In this document: positions 9,659-17,371 of the stretch, piece by piece
Layout: each line of letters starts with the position of its first letter
Position numbering within the stretch: the stretch's first letter is position 1
From: Candidatus Moraniibacteriota bacterium
GTDB taxonomy: Bacteria > Patescibacteriota > Minisyncoccia > Moranbacterales > UBA1568
Assembly: GCA_052034935.1 (NCBI GenBank)
Contig: JBPOIB010000001.1
Span: forward strand, 74,746-138,745
Reading direction: 5' to 3'
Length of the DNA: 64,000 bases
Notes under the pieces: model-generated
The model's database searches: none
The model's input: the letters and a program-made list of their open reading frames with translations, nothing else
Told to the model about the DNA's origin: nothing
Made by a program: the position numbers and the translations under genes

Positions 9659-9739
9659 GGTTGTGACTATTCATTTTCTTTCTTCAAACCGGTGAGGAGT
9701 ACCTCAGCAGTTTTCAGTAAAGAAAATCGTATACTCTTT

Positions 9740-10456
9740 TTAAGTAATGCTCTCAAATCCTTTTTCCTCGATTCGTCTCGCCAGGGCGGCCTTGCCGGTC
9801 TTCACGAGCTGCCCGTCGCGCAGTACGAGGACTTCATCGGGTGCGATCGCTTTCAGGAGCCGGGTTGAGTGAGTGATGAAGACGAGCGTTGTTTCTTTTG
9901 GGAGATGTTTGGCGAGGAATTTGGTAATCGTTTTCAGCGCATCGACGTCGACGCCGGTGTCGATTTCGTCGAAGAGCGCGAAGCGAGGAGAAAGAAGAAC
10001 AGCCTGGAGGGCTTCCAGCTTTTTCTTTTCACCACCAGAAAATCCGGCATTGAGTGAGCGTTTGAGGAGTTCGTCTTTGATTTGGAGCTCAACTGCGTAT
10101 TCAGCGACCAGTTTATGGAGCGCGACCGGTGCAATCTTTTTCTCGAGCGCGAGGCGGAGAAGTTCGAAGACGGTGACGCCGGCGAGTTCCATCGGAGTTT
10201 GGAAAGAAAGGAAAACGCCAAGCCGGGCACGTTCATCCGGTGCAAGGTTTTTCAGATTCTTGTTTCCGAGGAGTACTTTGCTTGAACGGGAGAGGGTATA
10301 TTTTGGATGGCCCATGATGGCACTCGCCAAGGTGGACTTGCCGGACCCATTCGGACCCATGAGGGCATACGTTTTTCCTGGTTTGAAATCAAAAGAAAAA
10401 TCACGCAGAATTTTCTTGTCTTCGACGGAAACGGAGAGGTTCTTGACGGAGAGCAT
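9740..10456 (-). CDS. sufC: Fe-S cluster assembly ATPase SufC
   Basis: Walker A GPNGSGKST, ABC signature LSGGEKKK, and the short length typical of SufC. Confidence 0.9.
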   Translation of the reverse strand: MLSVKNLSVSVEDKKILRDFSFDFKPGKTYALMGPNGSGKSTLASAIMGHPKYTLSRSSKVLLGNKNLKNLAPDERARLGVFLSFQTPMELAGVTVFELLRLALEKKIAPVALHKLVAEYAVELQIKDELLKRSLNAGFSGGEKKKLEALQAVLLSPRFALFDEIDTGVDVDALKTITKFLAKHLPKETTLVFITHSTRLLKAIAPDEVLVLRDGQLVKTGKAALARRIEEKGFESIT

Positions 10457-10458
10457 AA

Positions 10459-10863
10459 TTAGCGGGCGTTATGGGACAATCGTTCGAGCGAGATATCGGA
10501 AAGTGTTTCTTCGATTTTTTCTTCGAGCGTACGCCACACCTGATTGGTCTGGCAGTGACTGACTTGGAGGCAGGGGAGCGTGCCTTTGACGGGAGGAAGA
10601 AACATTTCGATCGGACCATCGAGGACGCGGAGAATGTCCCAGGCACTCGTATCCGTAGCTGATCGGGCGAGTGTATAGCCGCCAGCGACACCTTTGGTTG
10701 CTTCGACAATTCCTCCTTTGCGCAGGGTCTGGAGGATCTTTTCGAGGTAATCCTCAGGCAGGTGCTCGCTCTCGGCTAGGGCGTGAATCGAGAGCGCTCT
10801 GCCGGCCTGAGCGAGAGCGATGGTCGCTCGGAGGCCGTAATAGGCTTTTTTTGATACTTTCAT
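10459..10863 (-). CDS. Rrf2-family transcriptional regulator (IscR/SufR-like), first gene of the suf operon
   Basis: A winged-helix N-terminus MKVSKKAYYGLRATIALAQ...SIHALAESEHLPEDYLEKILQTLRKGGIV. Two Cys (CLQVSHC) plus a distal one resemble the Rrf2 cluster ligands. The start is taken at ATG 10863. Confidence 0.8.
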   Translation of the reverse strand: MKVSKKAYYGLRATIALAQAGRALSIHALAESEHLPEDYLEKILQTLRKGGIVEATKGVAGGYTLARSATDTSAWDILRVLDGPIEMFLPPVKGTLPCLQVSHCQTNQVWRTLEEKIEETLSDISLERLSHNAR

Positions 10864-10867
10864 AATG

Positions 10868-10884
10868 CGGACTAATTCAGTCCG
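10868..10884. promoter_or_regulatory. Inverted repeat CGGACT-aattc-AGTCCG immediately upstream of the Rrf2 start codon (candidate autoregulatory operator)
   Basis: A 6-bp perfect arm pair with a 5-nt spacer in the divergent rrf2/dus intergenic region. A TTGATT-N17-TAGCAT promoter-like sequence for dus follows. Confidence 0.3.
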
Positions 10885-10938
10885 ATATAGAATACCAGTC
10901 TTGATTGGGCCTGTCAATCTTGGTAGCATGGGAAAACT

Positions 10939-11949
10939 ATGGAAACACCCTTTCTCGGATTCTGGGAGAAACTTCCCCGGCCATTCTTTGTTTTAGCCCC
11001 ATTGGCCAATATTACGGACTATAGTTTCCGGCAGTTCATGACGCGCTACCAAAAGCCGGATGTGCTCTGGACTGAGTTCGTGGCAGCGGATGGATTGGTG
11101 CATCCCAAGGGTCGTGAAGCGCTTATCCGAGACCTCCGTTTTGATGACAATGAGCGGCCGATCGTGGCACAGCTCTTTACCAGCCGTCCAGAAAACATGT
11201 TCGAGGCGGCGAAGCTCGTGAAGGAGCTTGGGTTCGACGGAATCGATATCAATATGGGTTGTCCCGACAAGAACGTAATGAAGCAAGGCGCGGGGGCGGC
11301 TTGCATGAAGGATCCGGAACTGGCACAAAAAGTGATTTTGGCAGCGATGGCTGGCGTTCGGGCGGATGGTAAAGAACCGATTCCTATCTCGGTGAAAACG
11401 CGGCTTGGATTCAATCAGGATGACCTGGAAATGTGGCTGCCGAAAATCCTTGAGACGAAACCGGCGGCTATCACGCTTCATCTCCGGACCAAGAAAGAGA
11501 TGTCACTTGTCCCGGCGCATTGGGAGCGAATGACGCGCGCTGTCGAAATCGCGCGCGGCAGTGGCACGCTCATCCTGGGTAATGGCGATGTGAAGACAGT
11601 GGCTGAAGGCCGGCAGAAATGCGCTGAGACCGGCTGCGATGGCATCATGATCGGCCGAGGGGTATTCGGAAATCCGTGGGTATTCGACGAAACAAAAACA
11701 TCGGTAACCGTTCGGGAGCGTCTCGAAGCGGTCCTCTTGTTAACGGAAATTTTTGTTTCGACTTGGGGCGAGACGAAGAGCTTTGAACTGCTCAAAAAAC
11801 ACTTCCAAGCCTACATCGTCGGCTTTCCCGGCGCGCGGGAGCTGCGGGCTGCGTTGATGCTCTCGCATGACGGTGTGGCCGTACGGACAGTTGTTGAACA
11901 ATTTCTCGCATCGCATACTGGGCGTTCAAACGAAGTGATTCCTTTATAA
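10939..11949 (+). CDS. dus: tRNA-dihydrouridine synthase
   Basis: A FMN TIM-barrel with LAPLANITDYSFRQF, IVAQLF, GIDINMGCPDKNV, ITLHLRTK. Confidence 0.85.
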   Translation: METPFLGFWEKLPRPFFVLAPLANITDYSFRQFMTRYQKPDVLWTEFVAADGLVHPKGREALIRDLRFDDNERPIVAQLFTSRPENMFEAAKLVKELGFDGIDINMGCPDKNVMKQGAGAACMKDPELAQKVILAAMAGVRADGKEPIPISVKTRLGFNQDDLEMWLPKILETKPAAITLHLRTKKEMSLVPAHWERMTRAVEIARGSGTLILGNGDVKTVAEGRQKCAETGCDGIMIGRGVFGNPWVFDETKTSVTVRERLEAVLLLTEIFVSTWGETKSFELLKKHFQAYIVGFPGARELRAALMLSHDGVAVRTVVEQFLASHTGRSNEVIPL

Positions 11950-12007
11950 GAAAAAAACGCCCCCGATGCATGCGATGCACCGAGGGACGATGGAGGCCGT
12001 ACTTGGC

Positions 12008-13084
12008 CTAGCTGCGAGGGAGACACTTCCAAGGAATCTCTTGGCCGGCGCGAAGCGGCGTGAGCCGGGCGTCACCGAACGCGATGTCCGCCGGCAGTGG
12101 CCAGGAGTTTCGGACGAGCTGGACCAAGTCCGTATTCTTGGGGAGGCCGTAGAAGTCCGGGCCATGGAAACTCGCGAAGCCCTCGAGCACTTCGAGAGCG
12201 CCGGCCGCCTCGAATGCTTCCGCGTAGAGCTCGAGTGCTGAGAGGGCGGTGAAACAACCGGCATGGCCGCCGGTATGTTCTTTCAGATGCGCGGCATGGG
12301 GCGCTGAGTCGGTCCCGAGGAAGAAGCGGTCGCTGCCCGAAGTGACCGCACGGACAAGGGCCAGCCGATGGTGCTCGCTCTTCAGGACAGGTAGGCAGTA
12401 GAAGTGCGGCTGTAGTCCGCCGGTGAAGAGCGCATTCCGGCTGTAGAGAAGGTGCTGTGGCGTCACGGTCGCGGCCGTGAAGGGGTCGTTCGCACCGATC
12501 ACGTAGGCTGCGCCTTCGGCCGTAGTCACATGCTCGAGCACGATCCTGAGTCCAGGGAAGTCACGGCGGAGCGGGATGAGCACGTCTTCGATGAAGCGTG
12601 CTTCGCGGTCGAAGATGTCGACTGCGGGATCGGTCACTTCGCCGTGAACGCAGAGGACGAGACCCTCGCGCTCCATTGCTTCGAGCATGGGATAGATCTT
12701 CCGGATGTCGGTTACGCCGGCCTGACTGTTGGTGGTTGCGCCGGCCGGGTAGTACTTGCAGGCGACGATGAGGCCGCTTCCCTTGGCACGCCGCATCTCT
12801 TCGGGAGAGGTTTCATCCGTGAGGTAGAGCGTCATGAGCGGCGTGAAGTACACGCGCTCCCAGTCGAGCGCCGCCATGATGCGGGCGTGGTAGGTCATCG
12901 CCTCTTCGGTCGTCCGTACGGGCGGCTTCAGGTTAGGCATGACGATGGCGCGGTTGAATTGCCGCGCGCTGTAGCCGGCGACCGTTTTCAGAGCATCGCC
13001 ATCGCGGAGATGGAGGTGCCAGTCGTCGGGACGCACCATGACGATGTTCCTGGGCGTGCCGTTCTCTTCATACTGGATCTGCAT
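12008..13084 (-). CDS. pyrC: Dihydroorotase, class II (E. coli-type)
   Basis: PDDWHLHLRDG near the N-terminus, ~358 aa, and an AAAGGAG Shine-Dalgarno before the ATG. The local GC is ~64%. Confidence 0.85.
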   Translation of the reverse strand: MQIQYEENGTPRNIVMVRPDDWHLHLRDGDALKTVAGYSARQFNRAIVMPNLKPPVRTTEEAMTYHARIMAALDWERVYFTPLMTLYLTDETSPEEMRRAKGSGLIVACKYYPAGATTNSQAGVTDIRKIYPMLEAMEREGLVLCVHGEVTDPAVDIFDREARFIEDVLIPLRRDFPGLRIVLEHVTTAEGAAYVIGANDPFTAATVTPQHLLYSRNALFTGGLQPHFYCLPVLKSEHHRLALVRAVTSGSDRFFLGTDSAPHAAHLKEHTGGHAGCFTALSALELYAEAFEAAGALEVLEGFASFHGPDFYGLPKNTDLVQLVRNSWPLPADIAFGDARLTPLRAGQEIPWKCLPRS

Positions 13085-13126
13085 ATCATGCTCCTTTCGA
13101 GCGTTGGAAAAACCGGAAGGTCAAGC

Positions 13127-14125
13127 TTAGGCGAGATGCTTCTGCAGCCGTTCACTGTCGTTCACGAGGTCCATGAAGAACCGCGGTCCTTGGCGATACC
13201 AGGCTGGTCCGGAAGTGCACTGGACAGCCCGAGCGCCGACATCGAGGTAGTCAGCAGCATCGTCACCCGTGAGAATGCCGCCGCAGCCGATGAGATCGAT
13301 CTTGCTCCAGGGCGGGAGCTGCTCGAGCGTTCGTTTGATCAAGCCGATTGAAATCGGCTTCAGGATCGGTCCCGAGAGCCCGGCCCGGCCGTCGAAGGGT
13401 GTCGTTACTGGCGCACCATCCGATCTGAGCACGCGGCAATTGGCGAGCGTGTTGCTGAAGACGATCGCGCGCACGAACGGGTAACGATCGATGAGTCTGA
13501 CCATCGTCTCGACGAAACCCTCCGGCACTACTGGGACATTGGTGAAGTCGATGCCGGGGTGGGCCTGCGAGAGTGCATCGCGTTCGGATGCGGTGATGTA
13601 GGGCGAGAGCTTGATCCAGATCGGCTTCGTGAGCTGGCCGCCGCGGTGGAGCTTTTCCAGGGCGACGAGCGTCGCTTGAGCGTTCTCGCAGCTGTAGGCA
13701 TCGGGGACCTTTCCGGTATTGCCGCAGCCCCAGTTCACTTCGATGGCCGTGATACTGTCCCGGCGGTTGGCGAGCCAAACGCACATCGCGTATTCATCGG
13801 CTGAGAAAGCGGCGATGCTCGCAATGGTCGGCCGGTCGACCGGGACAGTGTCGAAGCGCTCGAGCGATTCTTCAATGCCCGGGTTCGGCATTCCGAACGA
13901 GTTGAGTCCGATTCCGTGTTCGCGAAAATCCGTCCAGTCGTCCGGCCATTGCACAACGCCATCGTTCTGAGGGCGTTCATGCTGGGTGAACGAACCGGCG
14001 ATGACCGCACCGAGCGAAACGTCACTTCGCAGGTACGGGATGAGATGACGTGGGTCCTTGCAGACGCCGGCACCAAGGATGATGGGGAGGGAAAGCGTCA
14101 GTCCGCCCACCGAGTAGGTTTCCAT
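13127..14125 (-). CDS. pyrD: Dihydroorotate dehydrogenase, class 1-like (Cys active-site base)
   Basis: IEVNWGCGNTGK matches the class-1 DHOD motif (L. lactis NLSCPNVPGK), and GCGGILTGDDAADYLDVGARAVQ matches its C-terminal FMN site. The start is placed at the ATG preceded by AAAGGAG (the track ORF begins at an upstream alternative start). Confidence 0.75.
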   Translation of the reverse strand: METYSVGGLTLSLPIILGAGVCKDPRHLIPYLRSDVSLGAVIAGSFTQHERPQNDGVVQWPDDWTDFREHGIGLNSFGMPNPGIEESLERFDTVPVDRPTIASIAAFSADEYAMCVWLANRRDSITAIEVNWGCGNTGKVPDAYSCENAQATLVALEKLHRGGQLTKPIWIKLSPYITASERDALSQAHPGIDFTNVPVVPEGFVETMVRLIDRYPFVRAIVFSNTLANCRVLRSDGAPVTTPFDGRAGLSGPILKPISIGLIKRTLEQLPPWSKIDLIGCGGILTGDDAADYLDVGARAVQCTSGPAWYRQGPRFFMDLVNDSERLQKHLA

Positions 14126-14345
14126 GGTCAACTCCTTTCGGGGTTTGGTTGTCAAAGGTCGAAACCCTCGGGAATCGAGGATTGGCGGCATTCTACCAGC
14201 TGGAATCGGACTGTCAATCAATGTGGAACGGGCATTTTCGGCCAGCATCTTTACAATCAGTGAGCGTTGCGGTAGGCTCGAGGCGTTCCTAAAGACCCGG
14301 GGAAATACCCCGGATTTGTTCTTACCCAAACGAAAGGACGAGGTC

Positions 14346-15620
14346 ATGGATACCACCGAAGTCGGCCTCGTGCTTGAAGTACGGACCACTGAAACGATTC
14401 GGCCCGAAGTGAAAGATCGGGCGAAAGAAATGCTGGCTGCTGTTTTGACGAAGGCCGGCATGACGGGCTGCTGGCGCTATGACATCCTCATGAGCGAATA
14501 TCGAGCCCTGCCGGATCCATCGCTGTATCGGATGTCGGCAGCGCTTTTGGGCGATACCAAGAGCATGCTCCATATCGCTGTTCGCTCCAGTCTCATGCCC
14601 GGCGGAGCCGTCGCTGGCATTTTGCGCCAGACGGGATTCGTCGATTTTCAGGGACTGCTCAATCGTCTCTTGCCGGCCATCGATGATGGCAACCGGTCCA
14701 ATTGGCAGCCGACTGTCGTCCGAGAAGAGCGGACATCGATGGCACCGAGGGGATTGGCCGATATCGAGGCCGAGCTCGAGAAAGAGCGAATGCAGCCGCA
14801 AGGCTCTCCGATCCGGTCGCTTCCGTTTGTAGATGGCACCGGCCGCGTGATGAGAAACGAGGATGCTCATCGGAGAATGCGGGCCATTCCGCCAAGAAAT
14901 CCGGTTCGCTCTTCGGAGCCGCATGACGTTCGTACGCCCGTGCTTCCAGCTTGGCCACCGCCTAGTCGCTTGGCTTGTCAAGACGGACCGACCTGCGGGA
15001 TGGCTGTTGAAAGAGTCGACCGGGCGATACCGGCGGCAGTATCGCCGCCTGCCTTGCATCAGAATGTCCCGAACGGGATAGAAGGAGAGACAAGCATGTC
15101 TTCATTCGACGACGAGCAACGGCTCGAACGATTTCTCATCGCAGCGGTCCGCGGTACCGCGGACGGCGTTTTTTCCGGCAAAGCGGTCACGCCGGTGGTG
15201 AAGGAGGTTTTTCCGGAGCGCTCCGGCAAAGGGCTGGTCGGGGGGCTGTTCTTCAGGCTGGAAGGTCTGAAGTGGATTACCCGCTTCGCTCCGGGGCAAT
15301 ACCAGCTGGAACGACTGTTTCTGGATGCACATCAGGAAGAGCTGGGGCATGTCAAGCTCTCGCCACGTCCGGCATTGCCGCACGCCAAACCGAAGCCGCG
15401 GAAAGCGGCCGGTAAGCCGTCGGCTGTTTCGGCAGAGCCGGCAATGTCTTCGCCGGGCACTTTCGAGGACTGGGTCAAGTCGCTCGCAGAAGAGCGTTTG
15501 GTTTTGACTGAGGCAGTAACGAGAGCAAGGGGAGCGCTCGCCGCTTTCGATGAGCGCTATCGAATCGCGCTCGGTCCGCTGCATGAACAGCTCTATCCCG
15601 TTCCGCCCGAAGCCGGCTGA
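14346..15620 (+). CDS. Hypothetical protein (no recognisable domain; Pro/Arg-rich central region)
   Basis: A 424-aa ORF in high-GC DNA. AAAGGACGAGG lies 3 nt before the ATG, and GC3-rich codon usage is consistent with coding. No motif was recognised. Confidence 0.45.
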   Translation: MDTTEVGLVLEVRTTETIRPEVKDRAKEMLAAVLTKAGMTGCWRYDILMSEYRALPDPSLYRMSAALLGDTKSMLHIAVRSSLMPGGAVAGILRQTGFVDFQGLLNRLLPAIDDGNRSNWQPTVVREERTSMAPRGLADIEAELEKERMQPQGSPIRSLPFVDGTGRVMRNEDAHRRMRAIPPRNPVRSSEPHDVRTPVLPAWPPPSRLACQDGPTCGMAVERVDRAIPAAVSPPALHQNVPNGIEGETSMSSFDDEQRLERFLIAAVRGTADGVFSGKAVTPVVKEVFPERSGKGLVGGLFFRLEGLKWITRFAPGQYQLERLFLDAHQEELGHVKLSPRPALPHAKPKPRKAAGKPSAVSAEPAMSSPGTFEDWVKSLAEERLVLTEAVTRARGALAAFDERYRIALGPLHEQLYPVPPEAG

Positions 15621-15704
15621 ATCTGGTCGCCTGTTCTCATCCCGTGTCGTAGCAAGAGCTGCGGCACGGTTTTTTTGTCGAATCTTGCGAGTTTTGGGGA
15701 GTCG

Positions 15705-15734
15705 TTGAAGGAGATTTGTCGCCCGTGATATACT
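15705..15734 (+). promoter_or_regulatory. Sigma70-like promoter TTGAAG-N18-TATACT (TG-extended) upstream of the small ORF/ftsB
   Basis: A TTGAAG box, then TGATATACT ending 18 nt before the ATG at 15752. A T-run terminator-like sequence lies upstream at ~15672. Confidence 0.35.
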
Positions 15735-15751
15735 AGCTGAGGAAGAAATCT

Positions 15752-15862
15752 ATGAGTTTTAAGTCGCGCCACAAGAAGATTTATTATGTCTGGGTCGTCA
15801 TTTCGGCCTTGGTCGCGCTTTCTATGGTGCTCTTTCTCATCGCGCCGTTATTCATGTACTAG
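15752..15862 (+). CDS. Small (36 aa) single-TM membrane protein
   Basis: MSFKSRHKKIYYVWVVISALVALSMVLFLIAPLFMY. A GAGGAAG Shine-Dalgarno lies 7 nt upstream, and a promoter is present. It shares the MSF(K/R)S N-terminus with the downstream FtsB-like gene. It is too short for the ORF track. Confidence 0.35.
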   Translation: MSFKSRHKKIYYVWVVISALVALSMVLFLIAPLFMY

Positions 15863-15871
15863 GTCTGGCGT

Positions 15872-16264
15872 ATGAGCTTCCGATCCCTGTGGACCCGCCT
15901 GGGACTGGTCGTCCTCATCGGTATCGGCATCGCCGCCGGTTGGGCGAGCTTCGGCCAATATGAGCGAAGCGTCCGGATCCAGGCCGAAATCGATACGCTG
16001 CGCCGCGAAGCTGAGCGTATCGAGCGGGAAAACGCAACGCTCTCGGAGAAAATCCAGTTCTTTGCTTCGCCCGACTTCAAGGAAAGCGAGGCAAAAGAGA
16101 AGCTCGGGCTGCGCCGCCAGGAGGAGAAGGTAGTGGCAATCGAAGGTGATCTGCGGCTCCCTCCGAAAGAAGGTATCGAAAGAGTTGACGATGGGAATAC
16201 GGCTCATATGGTTGCTTGGGATGTGCCCAATTATGAGAAGTGGTGGAAGCTTTTTTCGAAATGA
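15872..16264 (+). CDS. ftsB: Septum formation initiator family protein (FtsB/DivIC-like)
   Basis: An N-terminal TM helix, then a coiled coil (IQAEIDTLRREAERIERENATLSEKIQFFASPDF…EAKEKLGL) characteristic of FtsB/DivIC. Confidence 0.7.
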   Translation: MSFRSLWTRLGLVVLIGIGIAAGWASFGQYERSVRIQAEIDTLRREAERIERENATLSEKIQFFASPDFKESEAKEKLGLRRQEEKVVAIEGDLRLPPKEGIERVDDGNTAHMVAWDVPNYEKWWKLFSK

Positions 16265-16288
16265 TCCGTATAATGTAAGAGTGATTCT

Positions 16289-17341
16289 ATGGAGATTCAA
16301 CTGCCGATAAAACCATTCCGTCCTCAGTGGCCCCGGCTCGTGGCGGCTTTGGTTGGATTTCTGTTCCTTCTGATACTTGGTGTCTTGGTCCTCGTCTATA
16401 AATTTCCGGATACGGCTTTCGGTCGGATTTTTGTTGCTCGCTTTCCGTTTCCGGTCATCATGATCGGCCAAGGGGTGGCAGTGACGACCAGTGGTCTTGC
16501 CGAGAACCGTAAGGCACTGCAGAATTTTTATGAATCGCAAGATTTTTCCCAGATCGGCATGCGTGTCGATTTTTCGACAGATGATGGGAAGAAGCGGCTG
16601 AAGCTCAAAGAAAAAGACCTGGTGAATAAGATGCTCGAAGACCGGGTGATCCGGATGCTGGCGGAAGATCGGGGAATCAGCGTGACAGCCGAGGCGGTCG
16701 CTGAAGCGACGACCGTGAAGATGGAAGAGCTCGGAACGACAGACAGGGTCGAACAATCACTCGCCCGTTTGTATGGCTGGACCATCGCCGATTTTCAGGA
16801 GGAGATCGTCCGTCCAGCGATGTATGAGGAGGCGCTCTACGCCGAATATGCCAAGGAAGTTGATCAGACGAAACCGAAAGAAAAAATTGGCCTGGCGGAA
16901 AAGGCTCTGAAGGAAAAGAAACCGTTTGTCGATGTCGTCCGGATGTATTCTGAAGGAGAGACAAGTGAAACTGGTGGAGACCTTGGCTGGTACGTTCTCG
17001 AGGATCTCGTTCCGGAACTGCGCAGTGCCGTAGACAACGCAGCTCTGAAGGTAGCGACGGGAGTAATTGAAAGCGATCTCGGCTACCATATCATGTTCGT
17101 GGAAGAGACGAGGGTCGAGAATGATGTTCGCTCATACCATTTGAAGCAGGTATTCACTCGAAAAGTGAGCTTTGTCGATTGGTTGTCGGAAAAGATGAGG
17201 AACCTGCCGATCAGCGTTTTATCGCGCGAGTATGAGTGGAATGCTGATGAGGCCCGGATTGAATTTCGTACCGAAACAATGAAACAGTTCGAGCGTCAGG
17301 TCCGTGAAAATTTAGAGAGTGATCCGACGCTGATTTTCTAG
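16289..17341 (+). CDS. Membrane-anchored peptidyl-prolyl cis-trans isomerase, parvulin type (PrsA/SurA-like)
   Basis: An N-terminal TM helix and a chaperone-like region, then a PpiC domain (GGDLGWY…LGYHIMFVEE). Confidence 0.75.
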   Translation: MEIQLPIKPFRPQWPRLVAALVGFLFLLILGVLVLVYKFPDTAFGRIFVARFPFPVIMIGQGVAVTTSGLAENRKALQNFYESQDFSQIGMRVDFSTDDGKKRLKLKEKDLVNKMLEDRVIRMLAEDRGISVTAEAVAEATTVKMEELGTTDRVEQSLARLYGWTIADFQEEIVRPAMYEEALYAEYAKEVDQTKPKEKIGLAEKALKEKKPFVDVVRMYSEGETSETGGDLGWYVLEDLVPELRSAVDNAALKVATGVIESDLGYHIMFVEETRVENDVRSYHLKQVFTRKVSFVDWLSEKMRNLPISVLSREYEWNADEARIEFRTETMKQFERQVRENLESDPTLIF

Positions 17342-17371
17342 CAGTATAATCTCCACTAACTGTCAAAAGCT

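Noticed and set aside
12452-13351. 299-aa plus-strand ORF overlapping pyrC/pyrD (also 14322-15059 minus, 3090-3755 minus, 20889-21674 minus, 15848-16756 minus, 31885-32721 minus, 62405-63340 plus)
   Set aside because: These are antisense to genes with clear family motifs, and several run through intergenic terminators. They are treated as spurious.
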